Below, piece after piece: positions 1 through 10,168 of a stretch of 64,000 bases of DNA (the stretch's first letter is position 1; each line of letters opens with the position of its first letter). The stretch is from NCBI GenBank assembly GCA_963782055.1, contig CAWAIF010000003.1:5952001-6016000 (forward strand), read 5' to 3'. The translations under genes and the position numbers were made by a program. Origin of the DNA: an uncultured delta proteobacterium. Its GTDB lineage: Bacteria > Myxococcota_A > Polyangia > Polyangiales > Polyangiaceae. A model generated the notes under the pieces. It was not told the DNA's origin and ran no database searches. It saw nothing but the letters and a program-made list of their open reading frames with translations.

Positions 1-958
1 CGGCGAGCGCGGCGAAGGGCGCCTTCACCGGCGTCCCCTGCACCTCGTCCTCCGGCAGCACGTCCGCCGCGGCGCTGGAGTCGAGCCGCACGGGCACGCC
101 GAGCACCGCGCCGCGCGACCGCAGGGGGGCGCGACCCTCGCCGAAGTACACCGCCTCGACGTCGCCCATCGCCGAGCCGCCGACGCGCGCGAGCATCGAC
201 CGCACCGCGGCCACGCGCGCGGGGGCCTTGCCGTCGTCGAGCACCAGCACGCGGCGCTGGATCAGGATGGAACGCCGGGCCGGATCGAGCCCCAGTCGGT
301 CCGCCGCGTCGATGGTGCGGGTGGGCGAGTCGCTCGCCATGTCCAGCACGGCGAGGGCGAGCTGCGCCCGCGCGAGGGCCGTGTTCGGACCGACGGGCGC
401 CGAGAGCGCGAGGACGGTGCCGTGCTTGCGCGCGTGATCGCCGAGGAGCTTGCTGCAGGCGTCGTACGTCCCCGGCGCGATGCCCGCGCGCGGGTCGTGG
501 GCGCGCGGCGTGGGATGCCCGGCGCCGGCGATGTCCCCGCCGATGAACGCGTAGATGCGCCGCAGCTCCCGCGCCTGGTCGGGGTGGGCCTCCAGGTCCG
601 GCGTGTGGGCGAGGACCGCGTCTGCGCGAGCGAGCAGGCCGCGGACGACGGCGGGCGCCAGCACGTTGCGTGACGCGGCGGACCCCGGGCCGAAGAGCAC
701 CTCGTGCAGGAAGGCGACGCGCGCGTCGGTCACCGGCGTCGCCACCAGCGCGGTGGACATGGCCTGAGCCGACTCCGCGGCGGAGAGGTCCGGCCGGGCG
801 ACCAGCGCGCGTACCTTCTGCGCGCTGGCGCGCTGCGCCCCCTGCGTGAACTGGCGGATGACGGCCGTCTCGCCGGGCGTCAGTGATGCCTGCGCGCCTG
901 CGGGCGCCAGCAGCGCGGCCGCGAGCGCGAGGGCTCCTACGATGCTTGCATTGCGCAT
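1..958 (-). CDS. Secreted hypothetical protein, truncated by the left window edge
   Basis: Manual translation from ATG at 958 (GGGGGAGG RBS upstream) gives MRNASIVGALALAAALLAPAGAQA, a signal peptide; the frame stays open to position 1, so it is absent from the ORF track. Confidence 0.75.
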   Translation of the reverse strand, partial: MRNASIVGALALAAALLAPAGAQASLTPGETAVIRQFTQGAQRASAQKVRALVARPDLSAAESAQAMSTALVATPVTDARVAFLHEVLFGPGSAASRNVLAPAVVRGLLARADAVLAHTPDLEAHPDQARELRRIYAFIGGDIAGAGHPTPRAHDPRAGIAPGTYDACSKLLGDHARKHGTVLALSAPVGPNTALARAQLALAVLDMASDSPTRTIDAADRLGLDPARRSILIQRRVLVLDDGKAPARVAAVRSMLARVGGSAMGDVEAVYFGEGRAPLRSRGAVLGVPVRLDSSAAADVLPEDEVQGTPVKAPFAALA

Positions 959-1045
959 GACCTCCCCCGTGAGACGGCGCGCGCGCGCTTTGTGTGCACA
1001 CGCGCCGCCGTGGAGTGGAAGACCGGGGCGACGGCCGCCGCACGC

Positions 1046-1777
1046 TCAGCTCGGAGCGTCGGCGACCTCCTCCTCGTCCTCGTCTTCGTCGTCGTCGTCG
1101 TCAGGCTCGTCGGGCAGGTTGGGCAGCGAGGCGGAGGGCGGGGGCTGGTAAGGCTTGCCCTCCTTCTCCGCCTGCTGGCGGGCCTTCTCGGCCGCGGCCT
1201 TCGCCTGCGAGACCTTCTGCAGGATGGCGGGCTTGGGCGCGACCAGCACGGTCATCGTCCGGGCCTCCATCATGGCGCGCGTCTCCACGTTGCCGAGCTC
1301 CTCGATCCCCGCGATGACGTAGGTGAGCTGCTCCTGCGCCTTCTCGGGGTGGGTGATCTCGCGGCCGCGGAAGCGCACCGTGAACTTGACCTTGTGACCG
1401 GCCTCGAGGAAGCGGCGCGCCGCCTTGACCTTGAAGTTGAGGTCGTGGTCGTCGGTCTTGGGGCGGAGCTTGATCTCCTTGATCTCGACGACGGTCTGCT
1501 TGCGCTTGGCCTCGGCCGTCTTCTTCTTCTCCTCGTACTTGTACTTGCCGAAGTCGAGGATCTTGCACACCGGCGGCTCGGCCTTGGGATTGACCTCCAC
1601 GAGATCGAGGCCCTGTTCCTGGGCCATGCGCATCGCGTCGTGGGTCTGCATCACGCCGAGCATCCCGCCGTCCGCGCCGATGACTCGGACCTCGGGGACG
1701 CGGATGCGGTGGTTGACTCGAATCTGGAACTGGCGCTGGTTCTGGCGCGGATCAAAGCGGGGACGGCCCATTGCCAT
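1046..1777 (-). CDS. infC: Translation initiation factor IF-3 with Ala/Pro/acidic C-terminal extension
   Basis: RVNHRIRVPEVRVI, GLDLVEVNPKAEPPVCKILDFGKYKYE, KEIKLRPKTDDHD, KVKFTVRFRGREITH. Confidence 0.97.
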   Translation of the reverse strand: MAMGRPRFDPRQNQRQFQIRVNHRIRVPEVRVIGADGGMLGVMQTHDAMRMAQEQGLDLVEVNPKAEPPVCKILDFGKYKYEEKKKTAEAKRKQTVVEIKEIKLRPKTDDHDLNFKVKAARRFLEAGHKVKFTVRFRGREITHPEKAQEQLTYVIAGIEELGNVETRAMMEARTMTVLVAPKPAILQKVSQAKAAAEKARQQAEKEGKPYQPPPSASLPNLPDEPDDDDDEDEDEEEVADAPS

Positions 1778-1956
1778 AACTTGGGATTTGCCTCCTGAGA
1801 GATGTGCGGGAAACTACGTGTCGTGCGAGCGCCGAACGACGACGCGCGGGAAAGGTTGACCTGAAGACTCGGCCCTCGCCCGCGGATCCCGCCCCGCACA
1901 GATAGACGACCGGCTGCCCTGTGTCCAGACAGCCCGGGCCGCATTAGAGTGGGTCC

Positions 1957-3075
1957 GTGGCAGCGAACCTGGGGGCGATCTCCGACCGGCTTTTCCGGGA
2001 TTTCATGGCGCCGCTGGTGGTCGGGGGGGCCATCGTGCCGGGCCGCCCGGTCGGGGGAAAGAACGCCCTGCTGCTGGACGAGCACCAGGCGCTCACCGAC
2101 CCCGACCTGGTGTCCCACGTGGAGGTGGCGCGGGTCCGGGCGGCGCGGGCGCTCTGGCCGCTCGACCGCGTGGAGGGGCCGACGGGCCCGGAGTGGGCGC
2201 TCGTGGCGGCGCTGCACGATCTGGTGCAGACCACGCACCCCGACCTGTCCGGCCTCTTCCGCGGGAGCGCGTCGGAGCGGCTCCTCCGGGTCGTCGACCT
2301 CACGCTCGACCGGATCCCACCACCGGCGTCGGTGGGCGACGCGCTGTCGCGGCACACCTGGATGGCGCGCATGCTGGAGATCGCGCGGACCGACACCAGC
2401 GTGCACTTCTGGGTGGGGTCGCGGCAGTTCCTCGGCGAGGAGCCGCCGGCGCGCCTGCTGGCGTGGCCGGAGCTGCGGCGGGTGCGCGTCGACAAGACCC
2501 CGCACGCGCTGCTGGACCTGCCGGCGGCGGGCGGGCACGTGGACCCGGCGCGCTTCGCCTCGGCGGTGGCGCACGTGCTGTCGCGCACGCCGCTGACCGA
2601 CGTGGCGACGTGCACGCGCCTCGAGCCGGCGTTCGCGTGGACGCCGGAGAACCTGGCGCTCGTGGCGACGCGCGGCGGCCGCACGCTGGCGCTGCGTGCG
2701 CTGGCGCGCCAGCACGAGTTGGACGTGGACGCCGCGCTCGGACGCGCGACGGCGATGCTCGTCTCGGTGAAGGCGGTGCCCGCGCTGACCATCGCCGCCG
2801 CCGTGCTGGGGGAGCGGGCGCTGGGTGCGGCGGAGGACCGGGCGCAGCGCGGCGTCCACGCGCCGGAGACGACGGCCGACGACGCGCTCTGGGCGCGGGG
2901 CGTCGGGGCCTACGTGGCGACGCAGATGATCGCGGCGCGCCCGGAGGCGTTCGCGCCCTCGCTACGCGAGGCGATCCTGGCGCAGCTCCGCCCGGAGCTG
3001 GGCGGCACGCCTGCGCGGACGGTGGGGGCGATGCTCTCGCCCGCGGCTACTTCTTCTTCAGCTGCGGGAAGCTGA
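1957..3075 (+). CDS. Hypothetical protein
   Basis: 372-aa ORF with host-like codon usage, divergent from infC; no motif recognised. Confidence 0.75.
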   Translation: MAANLGAISDRLFRDFMAPLVVGGAIVPGRPVGGKNALLLDEHQALTDPDLVSHVEVARVRAARALWPLDRVEGPTGPEWALVAALHDLVQTTHPDLSGLFRGSASERLLRVVDLTLDRIPPPASVGDALSRHTWMARMLEIARTDTSVHFWVGSRQFLGEEPPARLLAWPELRRVRVDKTPHALLDLPAAGGHVDPARFASAVAHVLSRTPLTDVATCTRLEPAFAWTPENLALVATRGGRTLALRALARQHELDVDAALGRATAMLVSVKAVPALTIAAAVLGERALGAAEDRAQRGVHAPETTADDALWARGVGAYVATQMIAARPEAFAPSLREAILAQLRPELGGTPARTVGAMLSPAATSSSAAGS

Positions 3076-3775
3076 CCGGCTCCGGCGCGTCCTCGAGGAC
3101 CTCGATCTTGCTGTAGGTGATGATGCCGTCGAGCGGATCGGACTCGACGCCGTTGGACGACTTGCTGAAGTTCACGCCGTACTTGCCGGTGACCTTCACC
3201 TTGGCGCCGATGGCGGGGAGCGGGTACGGGATGGGCACCGCCCAGAGCTCGTCCTGGAGCAGGTCCTTGTCGTCCGGTGCCTTCTTGAGATCCTTGTACT
3301 TCTTCCAGGCGTCGAAGACGTTGGCGAAGTTGGAGGCCCAGCCCATCACGCGGACCTTCCACTGGCTGCTCTTGTCGCCCTTGGCATCGGCGAGGGTGAA
3401 GGAGGGGATCTGCGTGGTGCAGCCGTCGGGGTCCTTCTTGCCGGTGGGGTGCAGGGCGCACGGGTCGACCGTGTCCATGTTGGAGTCGACGATGTAGCCG
3501 ACCACCGTGATCTCCTTGCTGGTGACCTCGGCGCTGTGGATCTCGCTGTTGAGCTGGTGGATGGCGCCGTAGACCGTGTACGCGTCGCCGTTCTTGATCG
3601 GGGTGCTCGGCAGGGTGGGCACCGCCGGCAGGTTGACCTTGCGACCCGACCACGCGGGCACCGGCTTGTACTTGTTCTCGTTGTTGCTGCACCCCGGCAG
3701 CAGCGAGGCGAAACCGGTGGAAGCAGCGAGGACCAGCAGCACGACGCCCTTGAGTTTCATCTTCCGTTTCTCCAT
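3047..3775 (-). CDS. Hypothetical lipoprotein
   Basis: MEKRKMKLKGVVLLVLAASTGFASLLPGC signal peptide with lipobox; start 3775 or 3760. Confidence 0.8.
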   Translation of the reverse strand: MEKRKMKLKGVVLLVLAASTGFASLLPGCSNNENKYKPVPAWSGRKVNLPAVPTLPSTPIKNGDAYTVYGAIHQLNSEIHSAEVTSKEITVVGYIVDSNMDTVDPCALHPTGKKDPDGCTTQIPSFTLADAKGDKSSQWKVRVMGWASNFANVFDAWKKYKDLKKAPDDKDLLQDELWAVPIPYPLPAIGAKVKVTGKYGVNFSKSSNGVESDPLDGIITYSKIEVLEDAPEPVSFPQLKKK

Positions 3776-3913
3776 CGCAGCCGGGACGAAAAGAGGGCCC
3801 GGGCGCCTGACAGCACCGAAAAGCGCGCCGGATCGAGATATCACGGGCCGGAGCGGCGGGACAAGCGAGGTCTTTCGAGGGACAAAGCCCCGGGATCCTT
3901 GGGTGTCGCGGGC

Positions 3914-6195
3914 TCAGCCCACTCGCTTCGGGCCGTCGGCCCGCGGGAGGCGCGGCGCCTCGGCCGTCTCCAGCGCGAGCACGTCGGCGGCGCGCACCAC
4001 GTCGCCCTCGCACCGGGCGACCAGGTGCAGCACGATGGTCGCGACCTCGGCGTCCTCGCCGGAGAGCGGCCACTCCACCAGCCGCGCGAAGGCGGCATCG
4101 TCCATGCCCACCGGGCGGCCGCGCACGCGCAGCCCCTCCCGGGCGAGGCGGTCGGTGAAGATGGCGCGCAGGTCCTCCGGGCGCTCGGCGATGCTCGGCA
4201 GCCGCACCGGCGTCTCCAGCGCGGCGCCAAGGCGCGAGGCGAGCACCGGATCGAGGCGGCCGGACTCCACCAGCGTGGCCGGCTCCGCGACGGTGGTGAG
4301 CGCGAGGATGACGTCCAGCGGCTCGGCCCGCTCCCAGGGCGCGCGGCGCTCGGCGATCGACTGGCCGATCGCGCGCTGCACGTCCGCCGGGAGGGCGGCG
4401 CCGTCGAGCAGGACGAGGACGCCGCCGTCGGCGAGGGCGAGGGGCGAGGCGATGGGATCCTTCCAGCGGGCGAGGTCGTGCTCGCGGGCGCTGGTGCCGT
4501 CCACCAGGACGAGCGGTCCCTCGGCGCGTGCACCCGAGAGGTGTGCGCGGGCGAGGAAGGGCACCGGGTCGACGCCGCTGCGCGCCACGGCGACCACCGG
4601 CGCGCCGGCCTTCGCCAGCCGCTCGAGGGCGTCGTATGCCATGCGCGAGGCGGCGGCGTAGATGCCGACGGTGGCGGGCCGCGCGAGGCGCGAGGTGGCC
4701 CGGACGTGATGCGCGGCGGATCGCGAGAGCGCGTGAGCGAGCCGCTCGGCGCGGGCGTCCATGTCCTCCGCGGTGCGGGCGGCCTCCGACTCGCGCGCCA
4801 TGCTGCGCGCCAGCGCGGCGCGGGTGGTGCACGTCGCGCCGAGCTCGTCGGCGAAGGTCTTGGTGGCGCGCACCTCCTCCAGCGACATGGGGTCGCCGCG
4901 CGTCCCGCGGGGCAGCACGAGCAGGCCGACCGCCTCGCCCGCCGCCGTGACGAGGGAGGCCGCGATGGCGTTGCGATCGTCCAGGAAGGCGAGCAGCGCT
5001 CGCAGGTCGGGGCGTCGCACCTCCAGCGCGCGCAGCGCGTCGGCGCGCAGCGTCGCCTCCGGCTCCGCGGCGGCCACCTCGAGGAGGTTCGCCGGCAGCT
5101 CGGCCGGACGGGAGCGCGCGTACCCCGCGGCGTCGACGGCGAGGACGGAGGGCGGGTCGAGCAGCCACAGCTCCGGGGACGCGGCGTTCTCCCCGGCGGC
5201 GCGGCGCAGCAGGACGAGGGCGTCGGCGAGCGCGGCGTCCGGATCGTTGCGCCGCAGGGCGCGCGACGCCGCCGCCAGCGCGGCGAGGAAGTTGCCCTGC
5301 ATGGGCTGGAGCTGGGTCTCCAGGAGCGGAAGCGCGGCGCCCACCGCCAGCGCGCCGGCCACGCCGACCACCACGATCGCGCTCGCGGCGTACGGCCGGT
5401 CGGCGGCGGCGATGCCCACCAGCATCGCCACGAAGGCACCTCCCCCCCGAGCACGACCGCGCGGCGCCCGGCGCGCGCGACGCCCACCGGATCCCCCAGG
5501 CGCAGCGCGGCGACGGTCACCACCGAGGCGACGGCGGCGAGGAGCGGGAAGCCGGAGCGGAGCGGGAGCAGGCGCATGAGCAGGACGGCAAGGGTGCCGG
5601 CGCTCAGGAGCAGCAGCAGGGTGCCCGCCGCGCCGAGGCGATCTGCCGGGCCGAGCTCCAGGCGGCGATCCAGGCGCTCGACCATCACCAGGAGGAGGAG
5701 CGCGGCGACCGAGATGGCGGGTACGGCGATGGAGAAGGCGGCGGCGTGGCCGGCCAGGGACGGCGCGGCGTGGAAGGCGCTGGCCAGGTGCGCGACCACC
5801 GGTAGCGCCCACGGCAGGCCCACGAAGGTGAGGGCGAAGAAGCGGGTGCGCGGGCGCGGCACCACGACGCCGCCCAGGCCGGGCACGTTGCGCAGCGCCC
5901 ATGCCGCGGCGGAGAGGCCCACCACCCCCGCCACCGCGGCGGCGGCGCCCAGGAACCCGGGCGCGTCGTCGCCGCGGGCGAGCACCGCGATCGCCACCCC
6001 GGCCGCCCAGAGCGCCCACCCGAGGGCTCGCTCCCCGGCGCGGGCGGCGAGGCCGGCCAGGACGAGGCCTGCGAGCACCAGCGACACGCTCTCCAGGTCG
6101 GTGTGGCCGCGGTGATGCAGCGCCGCGCCGCCCACGTAGGCGACGCTGGCGAGCGCCGGAAGCAGGGCGCGACGGCGGAGGAGGGCGGCGAGCAC
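3914..6195 (-). CDS. Multi-pass membrane protein fused to a degenerate sigma-54 activator-like AAA+ domain; one frameshift at ~5442-5448
   Basis: TM segments in ORF 3841..6195 join ORF 3914..6019 across a G7 run; C-terminus ESGRLDPVLASRL..VRLPSIAERPEDL..AFARLVEWPLSGEDAEV resembles the bEBP C-terminal motifs; no GAFTGA or Walker A lysine. Confidence 0.65.
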
Positions 6196-6247
6196 GGAGA
6201 CAGGTGTTTTACTTCAGATCAGGCCCTGGCGGGCTAGCATCTCCTTC

Positions 6248-7417
6248 ATGACCAGCGTGCCCATGGCGTCCCCCATCGAGCTTTCGCGCTCGCGCGGGCG
6301 CGGAGGGCGCGTGGCGGAGCTGCTGCTCGTGGGCGGCGTCACGCCGCTGCTCTTCGCCCTCTCGTGGCTGCTGCGCAAGGCGGTCGGGCTGGACGCGGCG
6401 GAGCTCGCCGCCGGCTTCACCACCTTCTACGCGGCGTTCATCGTCAACGACCCGCACTTCTCGGTCACCTACTTCCTCTTCTACAAGGACGCCCGCGCGC
6501 GCGCGTTCGGTGGCGCGTTCCGCCCGGCGCAGCGGGCGCGCTACCTGGTCGCGGGGCTCGTGGTGCCGCTGGTGCTCGGCGCCTACGCCGCCTGGGCGAT
6601 CGCCATCCGGTCGGGGCCCGCGATGGGCCTGCTGCTGCAGCTCATGTTTTTGCTCGTCGGCTGGCACTACGTCAAGCAGGGGTTCGGCGTGCTGACGGTG
6701 CTCTCCGCGCGGCGCGGCGTGCGCTTCACCCCGCGGGAGCGGCTCGCGCTGCTGGCGCACTGCTTCGCCGGCTGGGCGTACGCGTGGGCGAGCCCGTACG
6801 ACCCGGGGCGACCCGCGCAGGAGAAGGGCGTGGTGTACATGACGCTCGCGCACCCCGTGGGGCTGGAGCGGCTGACGCACGTCGTCTTCCTGGCGACGAT
6901 CGTGCCGCTGGTGTGGGTGCTCGTGCAGAAGTGGCGGCGGGAGGGACGGCTCCCCATCTTCACGCCGCTCGTCGCGTACCTGTGCAGCATCTGGGTGTGG
7001 TCCGTCTACTCGGCGGTGGACCCCGTCGTCGTCTACTTCATCCCGGCGCTGCACTCGGTCCAGTACCTGTATTTCGTCTGGCTGATGAAGCACAACGAGG
7101 GCCGCGCGCGGGAGGGGCCGCCGCACTTCGAGCTGTCCGCCAGGGTGCGCGTCGGCACGCTCGCCGTCTCCGCGCTCGCGCTGGGCTGGGTGCTGTTCCA
7201 CGGCGCCCCGACGGCGCTCGACGACATGCTCGTCCACCGCCGCGCCGCGTTCGACACGGCGCTGGGGCCGACACCGTATTTTGCGGCGCTCTACGCCTTC
7301 GTCAACATTCACCACTACTTCATGGACTACGTCATCTGGCGCCGGGACAACCCGGACACGCGGTATCTCGTCGCCGGGGCGGCACGCGTCGAGAGTCGCG
7401 ACCCCTTCGCCACCTGA
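6248..7417 (+). CDS. Multi-pass membrane protein with conserved-looking His motifs
   Basis: About 10 hydrophobic segments; PHFSVTY, WHYVKQGFG, HSVQY, HHYFMDYVIWR. Confidence 0.8.
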   Translation: MTSVPMASPIELSRSRGRGGRVAELLLVGGVTPLLFALSWLLRKAVGLDAAELAAGFTTFYAAFIVNDPHFSVTYFLFYKDARARAFGGAFRPAQRARYLVAGLVVPLVLGAYAAWAIAIRSGPAMGLLLQLMFLLVGWHYVKQGFGVLTVLSARRGVRFTPRERLALLAHCFAGWAYAWASPYDPGRPAQEKGVVYMTLAHPVGLERLTHVVFLATIVPLVWVLVQKWRREGRLPIFTPLVAYLCSIWVWSVYSAVDPVVVYFIPALHSVQYLYFVWLMKHNEGRAREGPPHFELSARVRVGTLAVSALALGWVLFHGAPTALDDMLVHRRAAFDTALGPTPYFAALYAFVNIHHYFMDYVIWRRDNPDTRYLVAGAARVESRDPFAT

Positions 7418-7509
7418 AGGCTTCGCGTGGAGGCGAGGGCTTCGGCCCTCCCGGAGGGAGACAGCGAGAGCGCCGTCAACGCGCCTCTGGACGGCTCCCG
7501 AGCGGTGCT

Positions 7510-8376
7510 ATGGTCTGGCTCGTGCCGGCCGGTGCTCCGCAGCTCCCCAACCGTCGGGCGCGCACGCGCGCGCTGCTGGCGCTCGCGCTGGCGCGGACGA
7601 CGGACGGCATCATGACCAAGCTGCTCCTCGGCCTGGGCGCGGTCATGGCGATCGGCATGGTGGTGCTCGGGGTGATCGCCGGCCGCTCCAGCGCGCCGCC
7701 GGACCTCGAGCGCGTGCCCGTCGCGACGACGATGGTGATGGCGTGGGGCGCCGGCGTGCTCATCGCCTTCTCCGCCGCGGCGCGCTCGTACTACCGCGAC
7801 CTGGACGAGGGCTACTTCGCCCTGGCCGCGCTGCGCGGGGCCTCGCCGTCGCGCTTCGTCATGGCGCGCGTCGCCGCCCTCGCGCTGGTGCTCTTCGGCA
7901 TCGCGGCGTGCGGCGCGCTGCTCGCGGGCGCCGCCGCCGCCCTCGCCGCGCACGGTGGCCGCGCAGCGCTCTACGCCTCTCGCGGGCTGATCCCCTCCTT
8001 CGCCTACGCCGCGGGCTTCGCGGTGACGGTCGCACCCCTCTCCGCCGCCATCCTCGGCACCCGCACGCGGACGGGCGGCTACGGCCTGCTCTTTTTGCTG
8101 CTCATCCTGCCTGCGCTGCTCTCCGACTGGACCGCGCAGCTCGTCCCCGCACCGTGGGCCGAGCTGCTCTCCATCCCCGGCGCGCTCGATGGCCTCGAGG
8201 CCTCCCTCTCCACGGCGTCGTTCGATCTCCTGCAGGCCGTACGCGCCATCGCCATGGTCGCCGCGTTCGCCTTGCTCGCGCTGGCGTGGGTCCGCGTGCA
8301 GGCGGCGGCGCTCGGGTCCGATCGGCGCGCGAGCGAGCGGCGCGCGCTCCAGGCGGCGCGCGGGGTGACGCCATGA
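7510..8376 (+). CDS. ABC-2-type permease-like membrane protein
   Basis: About 6 TM segments in the 3' part of ORF 6364..8376; stop overlaps the next start (ATGA); start uncertain. Confidence 0.6.
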   Translation: MVWLVPAGAPQLPNRRARTRALLALALARTTDGIMTKLLLGLGAVMAIGMVVLGVIAGRSSAPPDLERVPVATTMVMAWGAGVLIAFSAAARSYYRDLDEGYFALAALRGASPSRFVMARVAALALVLFGIAACGALLAGAAAALAAHGGRAALYASRGLIPSFAYAAGFAVTVAPLSAAILGTRTRTGGYGLLFLLLILPALLSDWTAQLVPAPWAELLSIPGALDGLEASLSTASFDLLQAVRAIAMVAAFALLALAWVRVQAAALGSDRRASERRALQAARGVTP

Positions 8377-9410
8377 TCGAGCTCGCCGGCGCCGCCGCGC
8401 GGCAGGGCGGCCGGCTCTTCCGCCGCGGGCCGGCGGGGATCGACCTCCACCCGACGACGCTCTCCCTCGGCGAGGGCACGCACGCGCTGCTCGGCCGCGC
8501 GGAGGACGGCGTGGGCGTCGCCCTCGCCGCGATGGCCGGCGCCCTCCGCGCGCGAGGCACCCTGCAGGTCCTGGGGGAGCCACCGCGGCGCGTGCGCAGG
8601 TCCATCGCCTACATGCCGGCGGACCCCGTGCTGCCCGAAGCGCTCAGCGTCGAGCGCGCGCTCGCCGTCGCGGCCTCCATCCGCGGCGACAGGCCGAAGC
8701 CCGCGCGCGAGGTGCTGGCCCCGCTCGGGGTGGAGGCGCTGGCGCCGCGCCGCGTGGCCTCCCTCTCGCTGGCGGAGACCCGCACGGTGGTGCTGGCGGA
8801 GGGGCTGGCGTCCGCCGCGGTGAAGGTGCTGCTGCTCTTCGAGCCCCTGCTCGGCATCGAGGCGCCGGCGGTGATCGCCCTGCCGCGCCTGCTCGCGGGT
8901 CGCCAGGGGTGCGTGGTCGTCGCCACCGCCTCCACCGAGACGGCCCTCGCCCTCGCGTCCTCCTGCGCGCTCTTCGATCGCGGCCGCCTCCTCCGCGTCG
9001 GCCCGACGGAGGAGGTCCGCCGCTGGGCGCGCGGCACCGCGCGCTTTCGCGTGGACGTGTCCGACCCGCGCGCGGTCGCCGCCCTGTTGGCGAAGGATCC
9101 CGCGGTGGCCGCCGTCGCGCTGGAGCCGCCGGGCCTGATGGCGGACGGTCCGGATCGCGACGCCCTCGCGCGGGCCATCGCCCGGGCGGTGGTGGACTCG
9201 GAGGTCGCGGTGCGGCGGATCGAGCCGCAGCCGCCGCCGGTCGAGGAGCTGAAGGCCAACGTCCTCGGCCACCTGATGGGCGTCTACCAGGCCGCGGTGG
9301 AGAAGGCGCGGACCGAGCGGGTGGCGGCGGAGCAGGCCACGACGAAGCCCCCGGCAGAGGCGCCGGCGCACGCCCCCCGGATGAACGGGACGGGCGGAGG
9401 TCACGCGTGA
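8373..9410 (+). CDS. Degenerate ABC ATP-binding-like protein
   Basis: ABC layout with altered motifs: LLGRAEDG (Walker A), IAYMP (Q-loop), LSLAETR (signature), LLLFEP (Walker B), LFDRGRL. Confidence 0.65.
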   Translation: MIELAGAAARQGGRLFRRGPAGIDLHPTTLSLGEGTHALLGRAEDGVGVALAAMAGALRARGTLQVLGEPPRRVRRSIAYMPADPVLPEALSVERALAVAASIRGDRPKPAREVLAPLGVEALAPRRVASLSLAETRTVVLAEGLASAAVKVLLLFEPLLGIEAPAVIALPRLLAGRQGCVVVATASTETALALASSCALFDRGRLLRVGPTEEVRRWARGTARFRVDVSDPRAVAALLAKDPAVAAVALEPPGLMADGPDRDALARAIARAVVDSEVAVRRIEPQPPPVEELKANVLGHLMGVYQAAVEKARTERVAAEQATTKPPAEAPAHAPRMNGTGGGHA

Positions 9411-10090
9411 TCGCCGCGCTCGCCGCCCTGCCCTTCGCCCGCGTCACGCGCACCCGCCGCGCGCTCTGGCCCATCGCCGGGTGGGCCGTCGCGGCGGTCG
9501 GCGTCACCCTGATCACCCGGCAGCTCGGCGAGTCCAGCGCCGACCGCGCGATGCTCGGGCTCTTCGCGCCCTTCGTGCTCCCGCTGCTCGCCTACGCGCT
9601 CGCCGGCGCGGCCACCGGCGGGTCGAGCGTGCGCGAGGGCATCCGTCCGCTGGTCGCCTTCGGCGCGGGGGGCAGCCGTGCGGCGCTGGCGCTCGCCGCG
9701 GTCACCGGCGGCGCGGCGGCCGTGCTGTCCGCCGTCCTCGCGTGCGCGCTGCTCGCCATCGCGCACCGCGTCGGGGACGTCCCCCTCGGCCACGACCTCG
9801 CCACCACCGCGTGGGTCTCCGCGCTCGCCGGCGCGACGCACGCCACCTACTTCCTCGCCGGCGCCGCCTTCGGTCGGCGGGGCGGCGGGCGGGGCGTCAT
9901 GCTCTTCGCCGACTGGCTCCTGGGCTCGTCGCACGGCGCCGCTTCCCTCTTCTCGCCGTACGCCCACACGCGCAGCCTGCTGGGCGGCGTCGCCGCGATG
10001 GGGGTCTCGCAGCGCGCGAGCAGCGGGCTGCTGATCGCGCTGATGGCGGTGAGCGTCGGCGTCGTCGCGTGGCGCGGCCGCGGGGCGTGA
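9407..10090 (+). CDS. ABC-2-type permease-like membrane protein
   Basis: GTG overlaps the upstream stop; about 6 TM segments. Confidence 0.6.
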   Translation: MIAALAALPFARVTRTRRALWPIAGWAVAAVGVTLITRQLGESSADRAMLGLFAPFVLPLLAYALAGAATGGSSVREGIRPLVAFGAGGSRAALALAAVTGGAAAVLSAVLACALLAIAHRVGDVPLGHDLATTAWVSALAGATHATYFLAGAAFGRRGGGRGVMLFADWLLGSSHGAASLFSPYAHTRSLLGGVAAMGVSQRASSGLLIALMAVSVGVVAWRGRGA

Positions 10091-10154
10091 CCTCGCCCCC
10101 AGCCCCGTCTCCGCCTCACCCCCCAGCCCCCTCTCCCTATGAGGGAGAGGGGGA
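10091..10154. repeat. REP-like palindromic element between convergent genes
   Basis: CCTCACCCCCCAGCCCCCTCTCCC-TATGA-GGGAGAGGGGG plus a degenerate half-copy at 10091-10112; a second copy lies at 46637. Confidence 0.75.
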
Positions 10155-10168
10155 GCGTGAGGGGGAGG

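Noticed and set aside
3449..6115. Long antisense or alternate-frame ORFs (also 34275-36401, 39348-41771, 46845-48908)
   Set aside because: Shadow ORFs typical of very high GC DNA; they overlap well-supported genes and lack motifs.
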